64,000 nt of DNA from Octopus bimaculoides (GCF_001194135.2 NC_068981.1:52502395-52566394), one strand, 5' to 3'. Positions 25,070-38,184 are shown, counted from the stretch's first letter. Notes: generated by a model not told the origin, from the letters alone. Translations and numbers: made by a program.

Positions 25070-26376
25070 CTATGTAGAGAGTAGAGAAAATTTACAACGA
25101 AAATTGAACATTCAAGGTAGTTGCCTTAATAATAAAAGTTACACTAAACGATTTCCTTCTTGTTAAATAAACAATGTTTTGGATTAAGATTTGAGAACTT
25201 CTCACCTTTCTAAAATGAGAATATATAGCTAGATAAATAAAGAGAGAAAGCAGTAAGGATATTAATATGTTAATGTATACACCTTATAAACCTCCAGCAA
25301 CAACAACAACAACAACAACAAAAAAAAAACCTACTTCCAGTTTCTATGACAGTGGTACTATTTAGTAAAAAAGAAGCAGAGTGAAATTTTTATTTACACC
25401 CGTACTTCCAAAATACAAAAAACCCCAGAAAATACAAATAAATAGAATCAGAAATGTTAGAATTAACTTCAGTTGATCAATTTATTTGATTTTCATCTAG
25501 CTTGAGATAATACTTTATACCATTTAAATTTAAATATCTCATTGTAAGTTGATGTCTCATGAAATCAAGGATATAGCAATATTAAATCAACAGATCATAA
25601 AAAACATACAAAGCCAAATAACAAGTGTTACACATTTTTATTGATTTTTAAGTATTTTCATTAAAGGAAAACAAAGTGAAAATATTCAAAAGAAACAAAT
25701 TTTGAATTGCATTTTTTTTAATAAACTGAATTTTTTTTTTTTGTGCAATAAAAAATGAAAATATGGCCAGTTGTGATATACTCATGCAAAGAAATGGAAA
25801 ACTGCAACGAGACAGCGAGTCTGCTGAGAATAGTCAAGCACAGAATGTATTAACTGCAGATAACAAAAGAGGAAAAGATAAGCTAAACGTCACACACCTT
25901 CAGCCAAAGCATTCTAAATGAAGGAGAAAGCAACTGCTTAACAGGCAAAGCTTTCTGAATACTTGAAAAGGGGTTGCCCATCTTGTCTTTTACTCCTACC
26001 TGCTTTCAGAATATAGATTTTCTGGGGTTTTTTTTTCAGGAATGCCCTAGTACTCACCAAGTCAGGCTTCTGAACCCCCAACGAGTATATCCTTCAATGG
26101 TGTGTAAAATGTTGACTAACTTTTAGTTTAAGGGACAGAGGGAAGAGGTATTGAAAGTTCCATTTTTCTTTCCCATATGCATACCTAACATAACATCATA
26201 CTAATATTGTGTTGCTATTAGGTTCAAATAGACCACTGATGATTCTATGGACGTCTTACAAAAATTGCAGTAACATGTTTAACTTAAGGCAATTAGCTGT
26301 AGTAAAAGAATGCTCATCAAAACTGTTCATTTGCAAAAAATGACTTATTTCATATTATCCTCAATATATTTGAAGT

Positions 26377-26586
26377 TCAACATCTGAAAAGTTTTGGTGG
26401 TGCCTTGATATTTTTGTTGTTTCTCATTGTCTGTGGAATATTATATTTCTACTATTTAGTTTCCTTACGTGGACTTCACAACTGCTGACTTTTTATCAAG
26501 AGTTGCAACTGACATTATCAGCAATTTGAAAAACAAATGGAAACATGGTTTCCTTGGTTTGATTAGAGGATCGGCTAACACCACGA
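26377..26586 (-). other. Candidate proximal alternative terminal exon region of the septin (acceptors at 26586 and 26430)
   Basis: The 26586 acceptor gives DRGVSRSSNQTKETMFPFVFQIADNVSCNS*. The 26430 acceptor gives EQ* (phase 2) or TMRNNKNIKAPPKLFRC* (phase 0). Minus-strand AATAAA at 25637-25642 and 25481-25486. Confidence 0.4.
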
Positions 26587-26829
26587 CTAGGACGTGATAT
26601 ATAAGTTATATTTTCAGAATATATATAATTTAAGTTTATAAATTATCATACAGTTTAGATAATAACGAGTAACTGACATTTACATAAAAATTGTATTGCT
26701 AAAGAAATGACTTGCACTTATTTCCATGATCAAAAAAGAACAACATAAAATAGACATATATACTGGAGTGAGGAACAACAAAAGACTAGAGGGAAAATAC
26801 GGTAGTCTGATTAAAAGGTATTAACTTAC

Positions 26830-26975
26830 TCTTTTGTATTCTCCAGTGAGCGTCTTCTTTCTCCCATCTGCTCTTCCCAAGTGGATTTTTCTTTCTCAAA
26901 GGTAGCCCATTTTTCATCAAGTTCTTTCTGTTGTTGTTCTAAACTTTTCTTCATCTGCTCAGCTCTTCGTTGCAA
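26830..26975 (-). CDS. SEPT7: Septin-7-like coiled-coil exon (LQRRAEQMKKSLEQQQKELDEKWATFEKEKSTWEEQMGERRRSLENTK-GA)
   Basis: aattttag acceptor, GA|gtaagt donor, 146 nt, phase 0 to 2. Confidence 0.96.
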
Positions 26976-27508
26976 CTAAAATTTTATTTCAATAGAATTT
27001 ATGAATGCATTTTATAAAAAGCTAATTTCTCAATAAACCTATTTTGGTATGATGCTGGGTAACAAGCTATGCCTGCCCTGCCTTGTAAAATCTACCATTC
27101 TTGGTCAGTAATAAAGGGTAATGTGTTCATGATGGTCAGTTGTTCTTTCTAATGATTAATTATATAAGAAAAATTAAATTTGTATGTAGGCAAAAGTGGG
27201 TATACAGCTGCTTAATGAGTTCTTTTCATTTCTCTGTTTATCTTTTAGGATGAGAATTAGTTAAAAAGATAATTAAATAGAATATAGAATCAAAGAATTC
27301 TGGTCTTCAATGAAGCCTGTAAACTTTATACATATAACACACACACACACATTCTTCAAGCATTAATCATGATGTAATCAAATCTGAACACACACCAATT
27401 ATTAGTGATAATTAAAACTAAAAAACCGTTGGTAACAATAGTCCTTTTATTGTTGACATATCAAAGTAGTTAATGACACACGTATATTCAGAAATTTAAT
27501 CAACTCAC

Positions 27509-27644
27509 ATCAGCTTCAGAGTCCTTTAATTTGGTCTTCTTTTCTTTGACCTTCATTTCGAAAACTTGTTCCATTTCAGCCTCCATCTTCTTCATTTTAG
27601 CATCATGTTCACGCTTTTCCTCTTGCATTTGTGTGAGGGGATCC
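27509..27644 (-). CDS. SEPT7: Septin-7-like coiled-coil exon ([45 protein letters not shown])
   Basis: ttttcttag acceptor, GAT|gtgagt donor, 136 nt, phase 2 to 0. Confidence 0.97.
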
Positions 27645-27843
27645 CTAAGAAAAAAGTGGGGATAGAAAAAGATAATTTAATTAACTGTAAATTTTAATAG
27701 CTCCAATAATTAGTTTCTTTTGTTGGATATTTTCTTTGTTATTTGCTTTGATAAAATATGTTAATTTTGCTTATCTAACTAAAACATTCAAGTATAAGAC
27801 TTTATCTCATCTAGAAAATAACTGGAAAACAATGAATACTTAC

Positions 27844-27957
27844 TTTCCAAGAGATGCTTTTACTTTTCCATCAGCAGTGATAGGAGCTAGCTTACTATAG
27901 CGATAATTTTCATAATGCACATTATTGGTCACATCTTTTAAATCTTGCATGTGTGTC
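27844..27957 (-). CDS. SEPT7: Septin-7-like exon ([38 protein letters not shown])
   Basis: ctttcttag acceptor, AA|gtaagt donor, 114 nt, phase 2 to 2. [19 protein letters not shown] is diagnostic of the SEPT7 group. Confidence 0.97.
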
Positions 27958-28504
27958 CTAAGAAAGAATGAATTAAGAAGGAAACATTCTAATAGTCAGT
28001 TAATGAAAAAGTATAGTTAATATTGTCCAAATTTAGTTTTCTATTCAACATTATACCATGAAATATATCTGCAGCATTGAGAGCTAACAAATGATTAACA
28101 GTTACATAGATTTGTTTTTCTTTTAGTTTTTTTCCTTTTACTATTGCTATGAAAGAGAGTAATTTTATTGACCCTAAATTCAAAGTGACATAAAAAAATC
28201 ATCAGCATTGCATATTCCAGGCATTAGGCTTTCTGTTTCATTCATCGCGTACAGTGTTCCTAGCTAATTTAATCACTGTTACAGGTGGACAGTCAAAATA
28301 AATAAAGACACAAAATTCTTTCACTTTTATAATATTCTCTAACCAAGTAATAATACACAATTACAACATATAAATAAATAATAAATCAAAAAAATGTGAA
28401 AACCAATAAGACATATTCTCTAATGCCAATATATGACCATATAGATTAAAAAAGTATGGAAGACCCTACATACAAAATATGTGCATACAACAAATTAGAG
28501 AAAA

Positions 28505-28690
28505 ACCGGTATAAACCACCGTTTTTCCCAGTTTGTCCATTTACGCGGGAGCTCTGGGCAAAATGTTATAGTGCATGACCATCCTTGGGACATAAGTAAT
28601 GTGTGTGTAAAGTTTGGTGAAAATCAGTTGAGAATTGTGGAAATGTGTTAGTCAATATACATACACACATAATGCGATTTATATATACTA
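28505..28690 (+). mobile_element. Short Helentron/HINE-like non-autonomous element
   Basis: Imperfect 5' hairpin aaaaaccgg..ccgttttt, core aagtttggtgaaaatcagttgagaattgtgg, (CA/TA)-rich end. Confidence 0.35.
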
Positions 28691-30002
28691 AATGACCAAT
28701 TGGCAGGGCTGTTAAAGCTTTAGATAGATTGTTTAGTGGTAATCATTCTGGATATTAGTGCTCAGAGTTCAAATCTTGCTAAAATCAACATTTGATCATC
28801 TTTCCAAAACTAATAAAGTATTGGATTGATTTCTCTCTCTCTCTCTTTTTTTCTTTTTCTGCTATCTGTCCATCTTTTTATTAGGAAGAAATTGGTTGTG
28901 GTCAGACCTGGAGAAAGATGAACTGTGCTAGGTCTAAAAATGTCCAAGACATATATATTATAATGAATAATTTAAAACATTCTAAACAGTAAATTGGCAG
29001 TAAAAGACTAAATTAGTGGAGGACAATATGCTTTGCATTGTTTGCCTTTCATCCTTTCATGACCAATAAAATGGAAGTATGAGTCATGGAGGGTGTATTG
29101 TCAGAATTGTTGAAGCATTAGACAGGATGCTTTATGGTATTTGCTCTAGCTCCTTGTCTTCTGAGCTCTTAGACTTAATCTGACACCTTGTTTAACACTA
29201 TCACCTGATCCATCGGTGCCTTTGGCAGAATTCACTCTGTTGGAAGTATCCAGGCCTGGTGTCTAGCTTGAGGATAGCTTCCTCTATTCCTCCCATCAGA
29301 TTGCATTTATAATCTTAAAAAATCTTCTTTATTCAATGATTTACAGTTACAAGCTAATACCTACCAAGTATGTAAAGTCAATTTTAGTAAAACAAAGAAG
29401 TATGACAGTGAATTTAAACCTCAAGTTTCAAAGTAGTATTGCATAAATTTTAAAGATCATATTGTAAGGTACAAGCAGCAGAGACATTTGTTTAAGCCAA
29501 ATAGGCATATAATTTATCAAAGAAAAAAAAAAAGAGGTTTAAAAAATTAACTTAAGATCAAATAAAAATATTCTTCTTTCACTAAATTTAAATAATAAAG
29601 AGAGATTAAATTGGCACTGATTAATAACTTGGGGAATCCATTGAAATATGGAATATCAGCTAAATGCCATAAACATTAGATCTTGTGCTCTTTGAGGGTC
29701 AAAAGTATTGACAATGATGTAAATATCTTCTCATAAAACAGTATATAGTTAGCACCAAGATTAGACTTTAGAACATCATCATCATCATTTAACATCCAAA
29801 CTGTCTACATATAAAAATCATAAAAAGAATTCTTTTGAAATCACAAGGATTTGTATAGTATCATATTTTGTCAATTCCAATTTATTTTATTGGTGTGTAA
29901 TTTTGAATAAACTGCTACCAGAAATTAAGAAATATCCAAGTAACTGATTTAGAACAAAAGGGTTCAATCGAGTCTCTTTAAATATTTTAAACATTTTCTT
30001 AC

Positions 30003-30054
30003 CGAATCAGCATATTTCGAAGAGCAATAAAGTCATTATGCTCAAGATTTTCAA
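30003..30054 (-). CDS. SEPT7: Septin-7-like exon ([V]ENLEHNDFIALRNMLIR)
   Basis: tactttcag acceptor, CG|gtaaga donor, 52 nt, phase 1 to 2. Confidence 0.96.
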
Positions 30055-30581
30055 CTGAAAGTAAAATAAACAAGTAATCTATTAGTGATCATTATGTAAT
30101 TACTCCAATAAAAGTTACAAATAGGCAAGTATGTGCACTTATTGGTGCAGAAAAATAGGTATGTTCACAGAATTTCTGATGCCATCAGTATGAAAAAAAC
30201 ACAATAGCTAACATAGTGTTAACATATTTAATGCAAAAAGTTTACTGGAAAAAAAAATTGTGTATCTTAAAAAAAAACCAAAAGCCATAACATTTATTGA
30301 TTATTATCATTTAAATTTTTTTTGGTAAGCAGGGAAATTCTTGCCAGTGTTATTAAACTTACTGCCCCCACCCCAGATTTTGTAGTCATAGCCAATATGC
30401 TTTTAGCAATGGTGTGAGTACAAGATTTTTTACTTGGTCTTTACTATTGTCAATCAATTGCCAGTATATAAAAATAGTTAAAAAATGATTTATTGAAAGT
30501 TTGGAAAAAAAATTCTTAGATTTAATTTTAAACTAAAGTCATCTTTATTTTACTTTTATCTTCGAAAAATATTATTCTAAC

Positions 30582-30678
30582 CTTCAACAATCCCCCATGG
30601 ATATTGACGTCCACGCATTCTCTTTCCATTGCAGTCAATCACAGTGTTACTGCCAACAACAGCGAAAGGAACTCGGTC
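30582..30678 (-). CDS. SEPT7: Septin-7-like exon ([32 protein letters not shown]), start of septin unique element
   Basis: atgttttag acceptor, G|gttaga donor, 97 nt, phase 0 to 1. Contains GRQYPWG. Confidence 0.97.
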
Positions 30679-30968
30679 CTAAAACATAAAATGTTATACT
30701 TTTACAAATAGGAAAAAGAAATGTTTAATTTACTCACTGTAAAATGTATTAATTATTTGAAATTATGAAGGGAGAAATGGTATAGATACCTATGTGAGGT
30801 TATTTACCATGGGTGCTACCTTAGTCGTTATAATGTTAGTTACATAATATATAGTTACAAAAAAAAGTTGTAAACTCCTTGCTAATTTCATAATAAAAGA
30901 TGGCATTTACAATTTTGATACTAATCACTCATATATATGTGAGTGTGTGCGATATATTATATATATGT

Positions 30969-31180
30969 ATCATCATCATTGACTATCCACTTTACATGCA
31001 GGTATAGGTTGGACAGGTTGACAAGATCTGCCGAGGTGCAGGGCTCTGTTGGGCTCCACTGTTGGCTTTGTCATGGTTTCTACAGTTAGATGCCCTTCCT
31101 ATTACCAACCACTTTACAGTGGATACTGGCTGCCTTTTTTGTGACACTGGCACTAGTGAGATTGCCAAGTTTGCAAGATA
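30969..31180 (-). mobile_element. RTE-type tail variant
   Basis: catcatcattgactatccactttacatgcaggtataggttggac..gatgcccttcct. Confidence 0.7.
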
Positions 31181-31485
31181 ATGAAAAAAAAAAAAAAAAA
31201 AAAGGAAGGGAAAAGCTCCCTCAACTGAATAGGAGTGTGTTTAAGAGATGGGGAGGTGACTTTATGTCAGGTGTTGAAGGTTAAAGTATGAAAGAGGGAC
31301 AGGCACAGATGTCTTGCTATAGAGGAGATACATAGCAAGCCCATATTATATAAAGGTGGATGAGAGTAACTGGAAGAAAGATAAAGATGGTGGTAACAGG
31401 GTACCAAAGTATACTCTCAAAATACAAGAAGGTTGGTATAAAGGAGAATATAGATAATATAGCTAGAGATGAGAGTGGAGGTGGA

Positions 31486-31852
31486 TCATCATCATCATTT
31501 AACGTCCGCTTTCCATGCTAGTATGGGTTGGACGATTTGACTGAGGACTGGTGAAACCAGATGGCTACACTAGGCTCCAATCTGATTTGGCAGAGTTTCT
31601 ACAGCTGGATGCCCTTCCTAACGCCAACCACTCAGAGAGTGTAGTGGGTGCTTTTACGTGTCACCCGCACGAAGGCCAGTCAGGCGGTACTGGCGACGGC
31701 CACGCTCAAAATGGTGTATTTTATGTGCCACCCGTACAAGAGCCAGTCCAGGGGCACTGGCAACGATCTCACTCGAAGGTCCTTACACATGCTGCGGGCA
31801 CAAGTGCCAGAAAGGAGACGCTGGGCACAGGTGCCATCACGATTTCGATTGC
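31486..31852 (-). mobile_element. Young RTE LINE 3' tail
   Basis: Near-identical to 55684-56050 and to the reverse complement of 7201-7432. Confidence 0.92.
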
Positions 31853-31868
31853 CCCAATAAGTCTTCGC

Positions 31869-32008
31869 ATATATATATCTATATTTATATATACATACAC
31901 ACACATATATATAGTTATATTTATATATACATACACACACATATATATATTTATATTTATATACACACACACATATATATATATATTTCAACACCATTAT
32001 ATATATAT
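31869..32008. repeat. Compound (TA)/(CA) microsatellite with about 36-nt periodicity
   Basis: tatatttatatatacatacacacacatatatata repeated about 3.5 times. Confidence 0.85.
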
Positions 32009-32306
32009 TTGTTGATTTTATCAAGGTAGCCCCAGTAGTAATTCATGTATCTTAATAAAAAATATTTTTAAGAATAGCAAGACATTTTCTTTCATAATAT
32101 CTCAAAACCCATACTATTCCTGCCCATTTTAGTCTCTTTAGAATAATAAATAATAATGATAATGAAATTATTGTGTATAGTGCTGAGGTGCACTACAATT
32201 TATCAAAAGTACATGTACAGTACATACAATTATGTACAAAAGTCAGGAAAGTGAACAGTGTATGAGTCATGATATACATGTGTGCATGCGTATGGAGGTG
32301 GGGATA

Positions 32307-32927
32307 TCAGGTGTAGTGTTGGCAAATTTCAGGAAGCATGGCGGTTTTAAGGGAAGCAATGTCTCGGCAACTAACAACTGATGCCAGTAGTTTGTTCCAT
32401 GCTTCAGCAACTCTGAGTGTGAAAAAATGTTTCTGAAAGTCATGGGAGCTGTGCTGTTTTCTGACTTTGTAGGAGTGCCCATGTGTGTTAGACACATGTA
32501 GCTCAAAAAGGTGGTTGTTGGCGCAATGGTTAATAATTTTGTGGGTGTTTACTAAGTCAGTTGCCAGACGTTGGAACTTCAATGTATCTTTACTCAGGGA
32601 AGCAAGGTGTTCAGAGTACAGTAGATGCCTGATTGCGTGTCTCTGAACAGTTTCCAGGAGGTCATTGTCCTGAGCAAGATAGGTGTTCCAGACTGGTGAT
32701 GCAAATTCCAAGTGTGGCCACACCATAACCATATACAGCCTTAAATAAACAGCTGGAGAATGGCCGACAAAGGTCTTGCTGAGTAATGCCAAGACACCCT
32801 CGGCTTCCTTGACAATTTTAGAGATGTGCTTTGTCCAGTGCAAATCGCTGCTGACAGTAATGCCCAAATTACGTTCACAAGAAGACTTCTTGTTCCAAAT
32901 ATTACACACTATTAGAAAAGCTACCAT
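32307..32927 (-). mobile_element. CR1-clade LINE 3' end (RT C-terminal region)
   Basis: PHLEFASPVWNTYLAQDNDLLETVQRHA..THGHSYKVRKQ..KHFFTLRVAEAWNKLLASVV. Confidence 0.9.
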
Positions 32928-35315
32928 CCTGCTTTATTAACAACAACTTAAGCATTATCTTGTTGAACATGAAAGAGGTGGTGGAAGATAAAGGAGAAAA
33001 ATAATTTCAAAAGCAATTCTGAAATGGTTAATTGATATAAAGAAATTAAAAAATTCATTAAGAAAAAAATTAAATGTAATTATATAATGAAAAATGAAGG
33101 TGAATTCATTGTTTCTAATCAGAACAACTAGTTTATGAATCCTTTTACAACAGCTTTATATTTATAATACCATCATTTAACATCCTTGTTCTATGTTGGC
33201 ATGAACTGGACAGTTTCATGAGGATCCAATGAGTCAAAGGGCTACATTGTGCACCAGTGTCTGCTTTGGGATGGTTTCTATAACTGGTTGCCCTCCCAAA
33301 GTCAACCACTTTACAGTGGGTACTGGGAGATTTTCTTCATGCTACCAGCAGTATTTGAGGTTGCTGTGTAGCTCAAAACTCTACAAGCCTGAGGAGGAGT
33401 ATGTGTGCTGCATCCTTACGTTAGATGGGGTTTAAGGTACGAGGGAAGAGGCTGGGGTAAAGCAGGTTTTGTTATAGAGAAGCTACATGACTACTCACAT
33501 TTAGGAGAGACAGTGAGAATGAACTGGTGGTATCTCCAAAGAAAGAGATAGTGGTGATGAGGTGTCTAGGTGCACCTCATGTAAAAAGAGTAGTAGTGGG
33601 AAGGGTTTGCAAGAGTGTATGGGAGAAGAGCTAGAGGAAGTGGGAAAGATTGGGAGGGGTTGCATCATTTGGAGAGGCTACAGGGATGCTAACAGCAGGG
33701 TAGAAATGACCTGTTTGTTAAAAATCTAACTTCAGAGAGAAAAAAAATGTATTGATTGTTCTATGTAGTTCACTCTGAAGGCCTAATCAACATACAATAC
33801 TGATTTTTCAAAATTGATAAAGTTTAACATAAAAGTTATTATTTTAGACAAAAATTACAATTTTTTTCTTTTGCTTTTCTTTCCAGTCAGTTGTATGATG
33901 GGAGAAAAAGGGTGATATGTTTCAATTACAGAAAGGGATGACGTTTTTTTTAATCCCAGATCAATATTTAAGGTTTAATTTAGTTTATGATTTACCAGAA
34001 AATAAAACTGCCATGATAAAATTATTGGGAAATGTTAAATGATTTAAAAATACAGACATGTCTATGTAAAAAATAAAAAAAATCAACAACAAAAAACCCA
34101 AAACAGAGTCAAGCTATTAAAATGTGTTTCTACTTCACAGAGTTAAAACCATTTTATATATGTTGATCATTCAAGTAACTAAAGAATTTAACAGACTATT
34201 CATACTTCCAAGGTCTCCTTGCTTGACTCTCATTCATCTACATCCATAGGAAAAGAAAATACATATAGTATGGAAAGCAATTTTATGAAAATTAGGGCTC
34301 TGTCGTCATACTGAATGAACAACTACTTGAAAAGGTGAATCATTTCAAAACTTAGGCTTCCTTTTAATTAAGGGATGGTTATTTATTATAGCAAAATAGA
34401 AAAGTGGTGACCCTGGATATTCTAGCTGCAACCAGTCTATATGTTATGTATCTGAAATCAATGTGTCTATATATTATGTACCTGAAATCAATGTGTTTAT
34501 ACAGTTGAAGCTATGAAAGTTATTGGTTGTCATTTATCTTCATGAATTGAATCCTAATGGCATGAACAAACGTTAAATGTTAAACACAGACATTTTAATC
34601 ATAAAACACTTTTTAAATCTTATAAACAACAACTCTATAAAAAGGGAGTGGGGGGAGATAAAAACAAAATCACCACATCTAATTGTCTAAAATGAGTTAG
34701 TAATAAGATTAAAAACTCTTAGAAAATCTTGAATTTTGCAGGAAACTGAAAGTACGTATCACATTCACTGACAAGATGAAGAGTTATCAAGAGTTATTGA
34801 TACATCACACAATATAACTTTCTATTCAAAATTTATGTTCAAAACTACAACGAACAGTTGAAAGCAACCATTGAAATGCAAAGTTATAAATTGTGTCTTT
34901 CAAACCTACCACAATTAATGAGGACTGTGAATCACATAAACTAATTAAAGACATAGTCAGGACACCTTACAAACTCACTATTGTCACAGGTTGAATGAGT
35001 TGATATAATTCCCAATTTTTATGCACTTAATTTTTTTGAATTTATATATATATGCCTCATCTTCAAAATGCCTAGTTTACAATAGAGGCAGCTGATGAAG
35101 GAAAAGTTCCATAAGTGGCTCGTCTGTTTTCCTATGTGTTCATTCTGTTGTCCGTAAAAAAAGTCCATTTTTTTGTACTTTGTTTATGTTCCCGTTCCTT
35201 TTTTGACGTCCTGTACCCGGATATGCATTTTTATATACATGTAGATGTAGGTATGTACATATATGTATGTATACATGCATATGCTCATATATCATTTGTA
35301 TTATATATATATATG

Positions 35316-35359
35316 TGGAGGTGCAATGGCCCAGTGGTTAGGGCAGCGGACTTGCGGTC
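35316..35359 (+). mobile_element. tRNA-derived SINE head truncated by gap
   Basis: gcaatggcccagtggttagggcagcggacttgcggtc carries a Pol III A-box. Confidence 0.7.
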
Positions 35360-36786
35360 NNNNNNNNNNNNNNNNNNNNNNNNNNNNNNNNNNNNNNNNN
35401 NNNNNNNNNNNNNNNNNNNNNNNNNNNNNNNNNNNNNNNNNNNNNNNNNNNNNNNNNNNNNNNNNNNNNNNNNNNNNNNNNNNNNNNNNNNNNNNNNNNN
35501 NATATATATATATATATATATAGAGCATAATTGTAATAATTAAACATATATAAATGCCAAAGGCATGAAGAGTATGATTTACAGATAAAAACATTGAATG
35601 AGAAAAATTGTTTATCAAGAATCAAGAGTTCAGTCATCTAGAAAAGAATGGCATTAAACATTTAACATGTTGCAATATCCTATTCATAGTTTGTAGATAT
35701 GTATTTTGACTTTGTTGCAGTAAAGATTTACATGTAATAATATTTTGCATTTACTTATTTTAGTAAAGATGGGATAGGGTATTTAAATGGAATCAAACTA
35801 AGTACAATGTGTTGAAGTTATAAATTGTTTGTTTTCTTCTTTAAATAAAAAAAGCTCCCCACCCACCAATCGAGAATAATAGTGAAGATAAACTGTGGTA
35901 GCAAGATCAAATTTAATTCAAACATTCAGTTTGTTTAATTTTGATATTCCTCAATTATAAAATAAGGAAATATATTTGCAGAGAGAAAAAAAAAGCACAA
36001 ATGGTGCCAAATTATAAGAATAGTAAAAAAAAAAAAAAGAAGAAATTAAATAAATAAATATAATAAATAAGTAAGTAAATAAGCACAATTAAGCAAAACA
36101 TGCAGAATTGAATAAGAAGGTCCTGAAAAGAATTTTAGAAAATGACAAACAACAATAAAACAAGAACATAAGCAAACTTTGAACCTACATTGAATGTTAA
36201 GTATTAATCTATAATTAACTAAAATTATAATTTCTAATAATTCAATGCAGCTTTGGATTAGGTAAAATAAGTTAGAGCTTCAAAAAACTATTATTAATAA
36301 AATAAAACCAGCATTTTTCATACTGATTGATTTAAAAGCAATGTTTTATATTTCTGAGTTTAACCAAGAACTAGTTTTTAGTATTAAAAACGTTAACAAA
36401 CAATATATATATATATGTGGTAAGTTGCAGAGCACCAACCAACACTGACTCATTGCACTAGATTAATTAATTAGTTTAACATATTTCTCTTGGCTGACAA
36501 TTATTTTGTAAACTTCAAAAAGTCCATAGTTCCAATACTTGACTGCTCAGCAGATGAGAGATCTTATCCAACGGGATAAGATGCCAATCTATAGCAAGTA
36601 AATTTGCCAAAAGTTCTGATACCTATTCCCAACAGGTGGGAACTAATGAACAAAGAATAAAGAAAGCAAGTTAAAGCTAGTTATGATAATTTGGTAACAG
36701 GATAATGATTTTCATCACAATGATGAATATTCCTAGTATTTACTGTAATAAAAAAAAGAATCCAGAATATGAAACTGGCATAATAT

Positions 36787-37455
36787 TCTTTTACTTGTTT
36801 CAGTCGTTTGACTGCAGCCATGCTGGAGCACCATCTTCAGTTGAAGAAATCGACCCCAGGACTTATTCTTTGCAAACCTAGTACTTATTCTATTGACCTC
36901 TTTTGCCGAACCGCTAAGTTATGGGGATGTAAACACACCAACATCGGTTGTCAAGCAATGGTGGGGGGACAAATACAGACACACAAACATACACACACAC
37001 ACACATACATATACTATGGGCTTCTTTCAGTTTCCATCTACCAAATCCACTCACGAGGCTTTGGTCAGCCTGAGGCTATAGCAGAAGACACTTGCTCCAA
37101 GGTGCCACGCAGTGGGACTGAAACTGTAACCATGTGGTTAGGAAGCAAGCTTCTTACCACACAGCCACACCTGCACCTAGAATAATAAAACACTAAGAAT
37201 AAGATTCAGTTATATAACTTATCTACACAATAATTTTCCCTGCAACGTATTTTTAGTCGAATGAATCAACTCCAATACTTTATACATATTTAAGACAGGC
37301 TTCTTTCAGTTTCCATCTACCAAATCCACTCACAAGGATTTGGTTGGCTTGGGGCTATATTAGAAGACACCTGCCCAAGGTGCTATGCAGTGGAACTGAA
37401 CCCAGAATCATGTTGTTGGAAAGCAAGCTTCTTACTACACAGCCACACCTATGCC
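36787..37455 (-). mobile_element. One full CORE-like SINE (36787-37180) plus a tandem half copy (37275-37455)
   Basis: Homologous to 5766-6120; gacaggcttctttcagtttccatctaccaaatccactcac is duplicated. Confidence 0.88.
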
Positions 37456-38134
37456 TATTAACATTTTTCATTGCGATATCTCTATCAATATAAAGTTACT
37501 TTGAATTTAAATACATTTATTATTATGATAAACTTAGTGATCTATTTCAGACTGAGAAAAATAATGATTAATCACAATATTTACACAGGAAAGATGATTA
37601 GATAAACTCAGTATATTCTTGTTATTTTATTGACCTAAGAGCGATGAGCAAAGTTGGCTCTGGAAATCAGAAGAATAAGGCACCAAATGAAATACTATAA
37701 CACAACTGGAAGTGCTTTAGTATTGGCCCTCATACATTTAACTAGAGAATTAGTGCAATAATGTCAGTAAAAGTATTTTCTGCATTATTTATCCAGTTAG
37801 TATATACTGTCATTTAAACATATGGTATTTATTTTAGAAAACATATGGCATTTATGCTCAGGTCATAATTTATAAGAATATTCAGCACATTCTATTTCAG
37901 AAGTTACAGAATTCATATTGGTAGTATGAATTCATTGGTAATTGGTAAGTTACAGAATCCATATTGGTAGTAAGAGTTTAAATTTCATAACTAGATAATA
38001 TCAAATAAAATATAGTATTTCAACCATTATGGTTTCTATTTCATTAACTTTAAGTAGAAAATCTCAAAATACCACTTTATGACAACCCTCATTTTAATTT
38101 TACTTAAATGGTTTCAAAAACAAAGTGAACTTAC

Positions 38135-38184
38135 GCATCACCTTCCACTCACAGAATAAAGTTCCTAAATACTTTAATGCAGAA
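38135..38184 (-). other. Candidate stop-containing (poison) cassette exon in septin intron
   Basis: Acceptor ttatttttctcatgttctactcag, donor TGC|gtaagt. Internal alternative AG (38165-66) and GTGAGT donor. TGA in frame 0. Confidence 0.4.

Noticed and set aside
31551-32029. ORFs of 114-154 aa, also 55853-56092
   Set aside because: Antisense readings of the RTE 3'UTR and microsatellite.
34206-34237. 32-nt ag..gt candidate (MNESQARRPW)
   Set aside because: Frame-shifting in a phase-0 intron with no compatible partner exon.
34441-34500. 30-bp direct duplication; similar small duplications at about 37890-37970 and 59703-59755
   Set aside because: Two-copy slippage events with no spacer architecture; not CRISPR-like.
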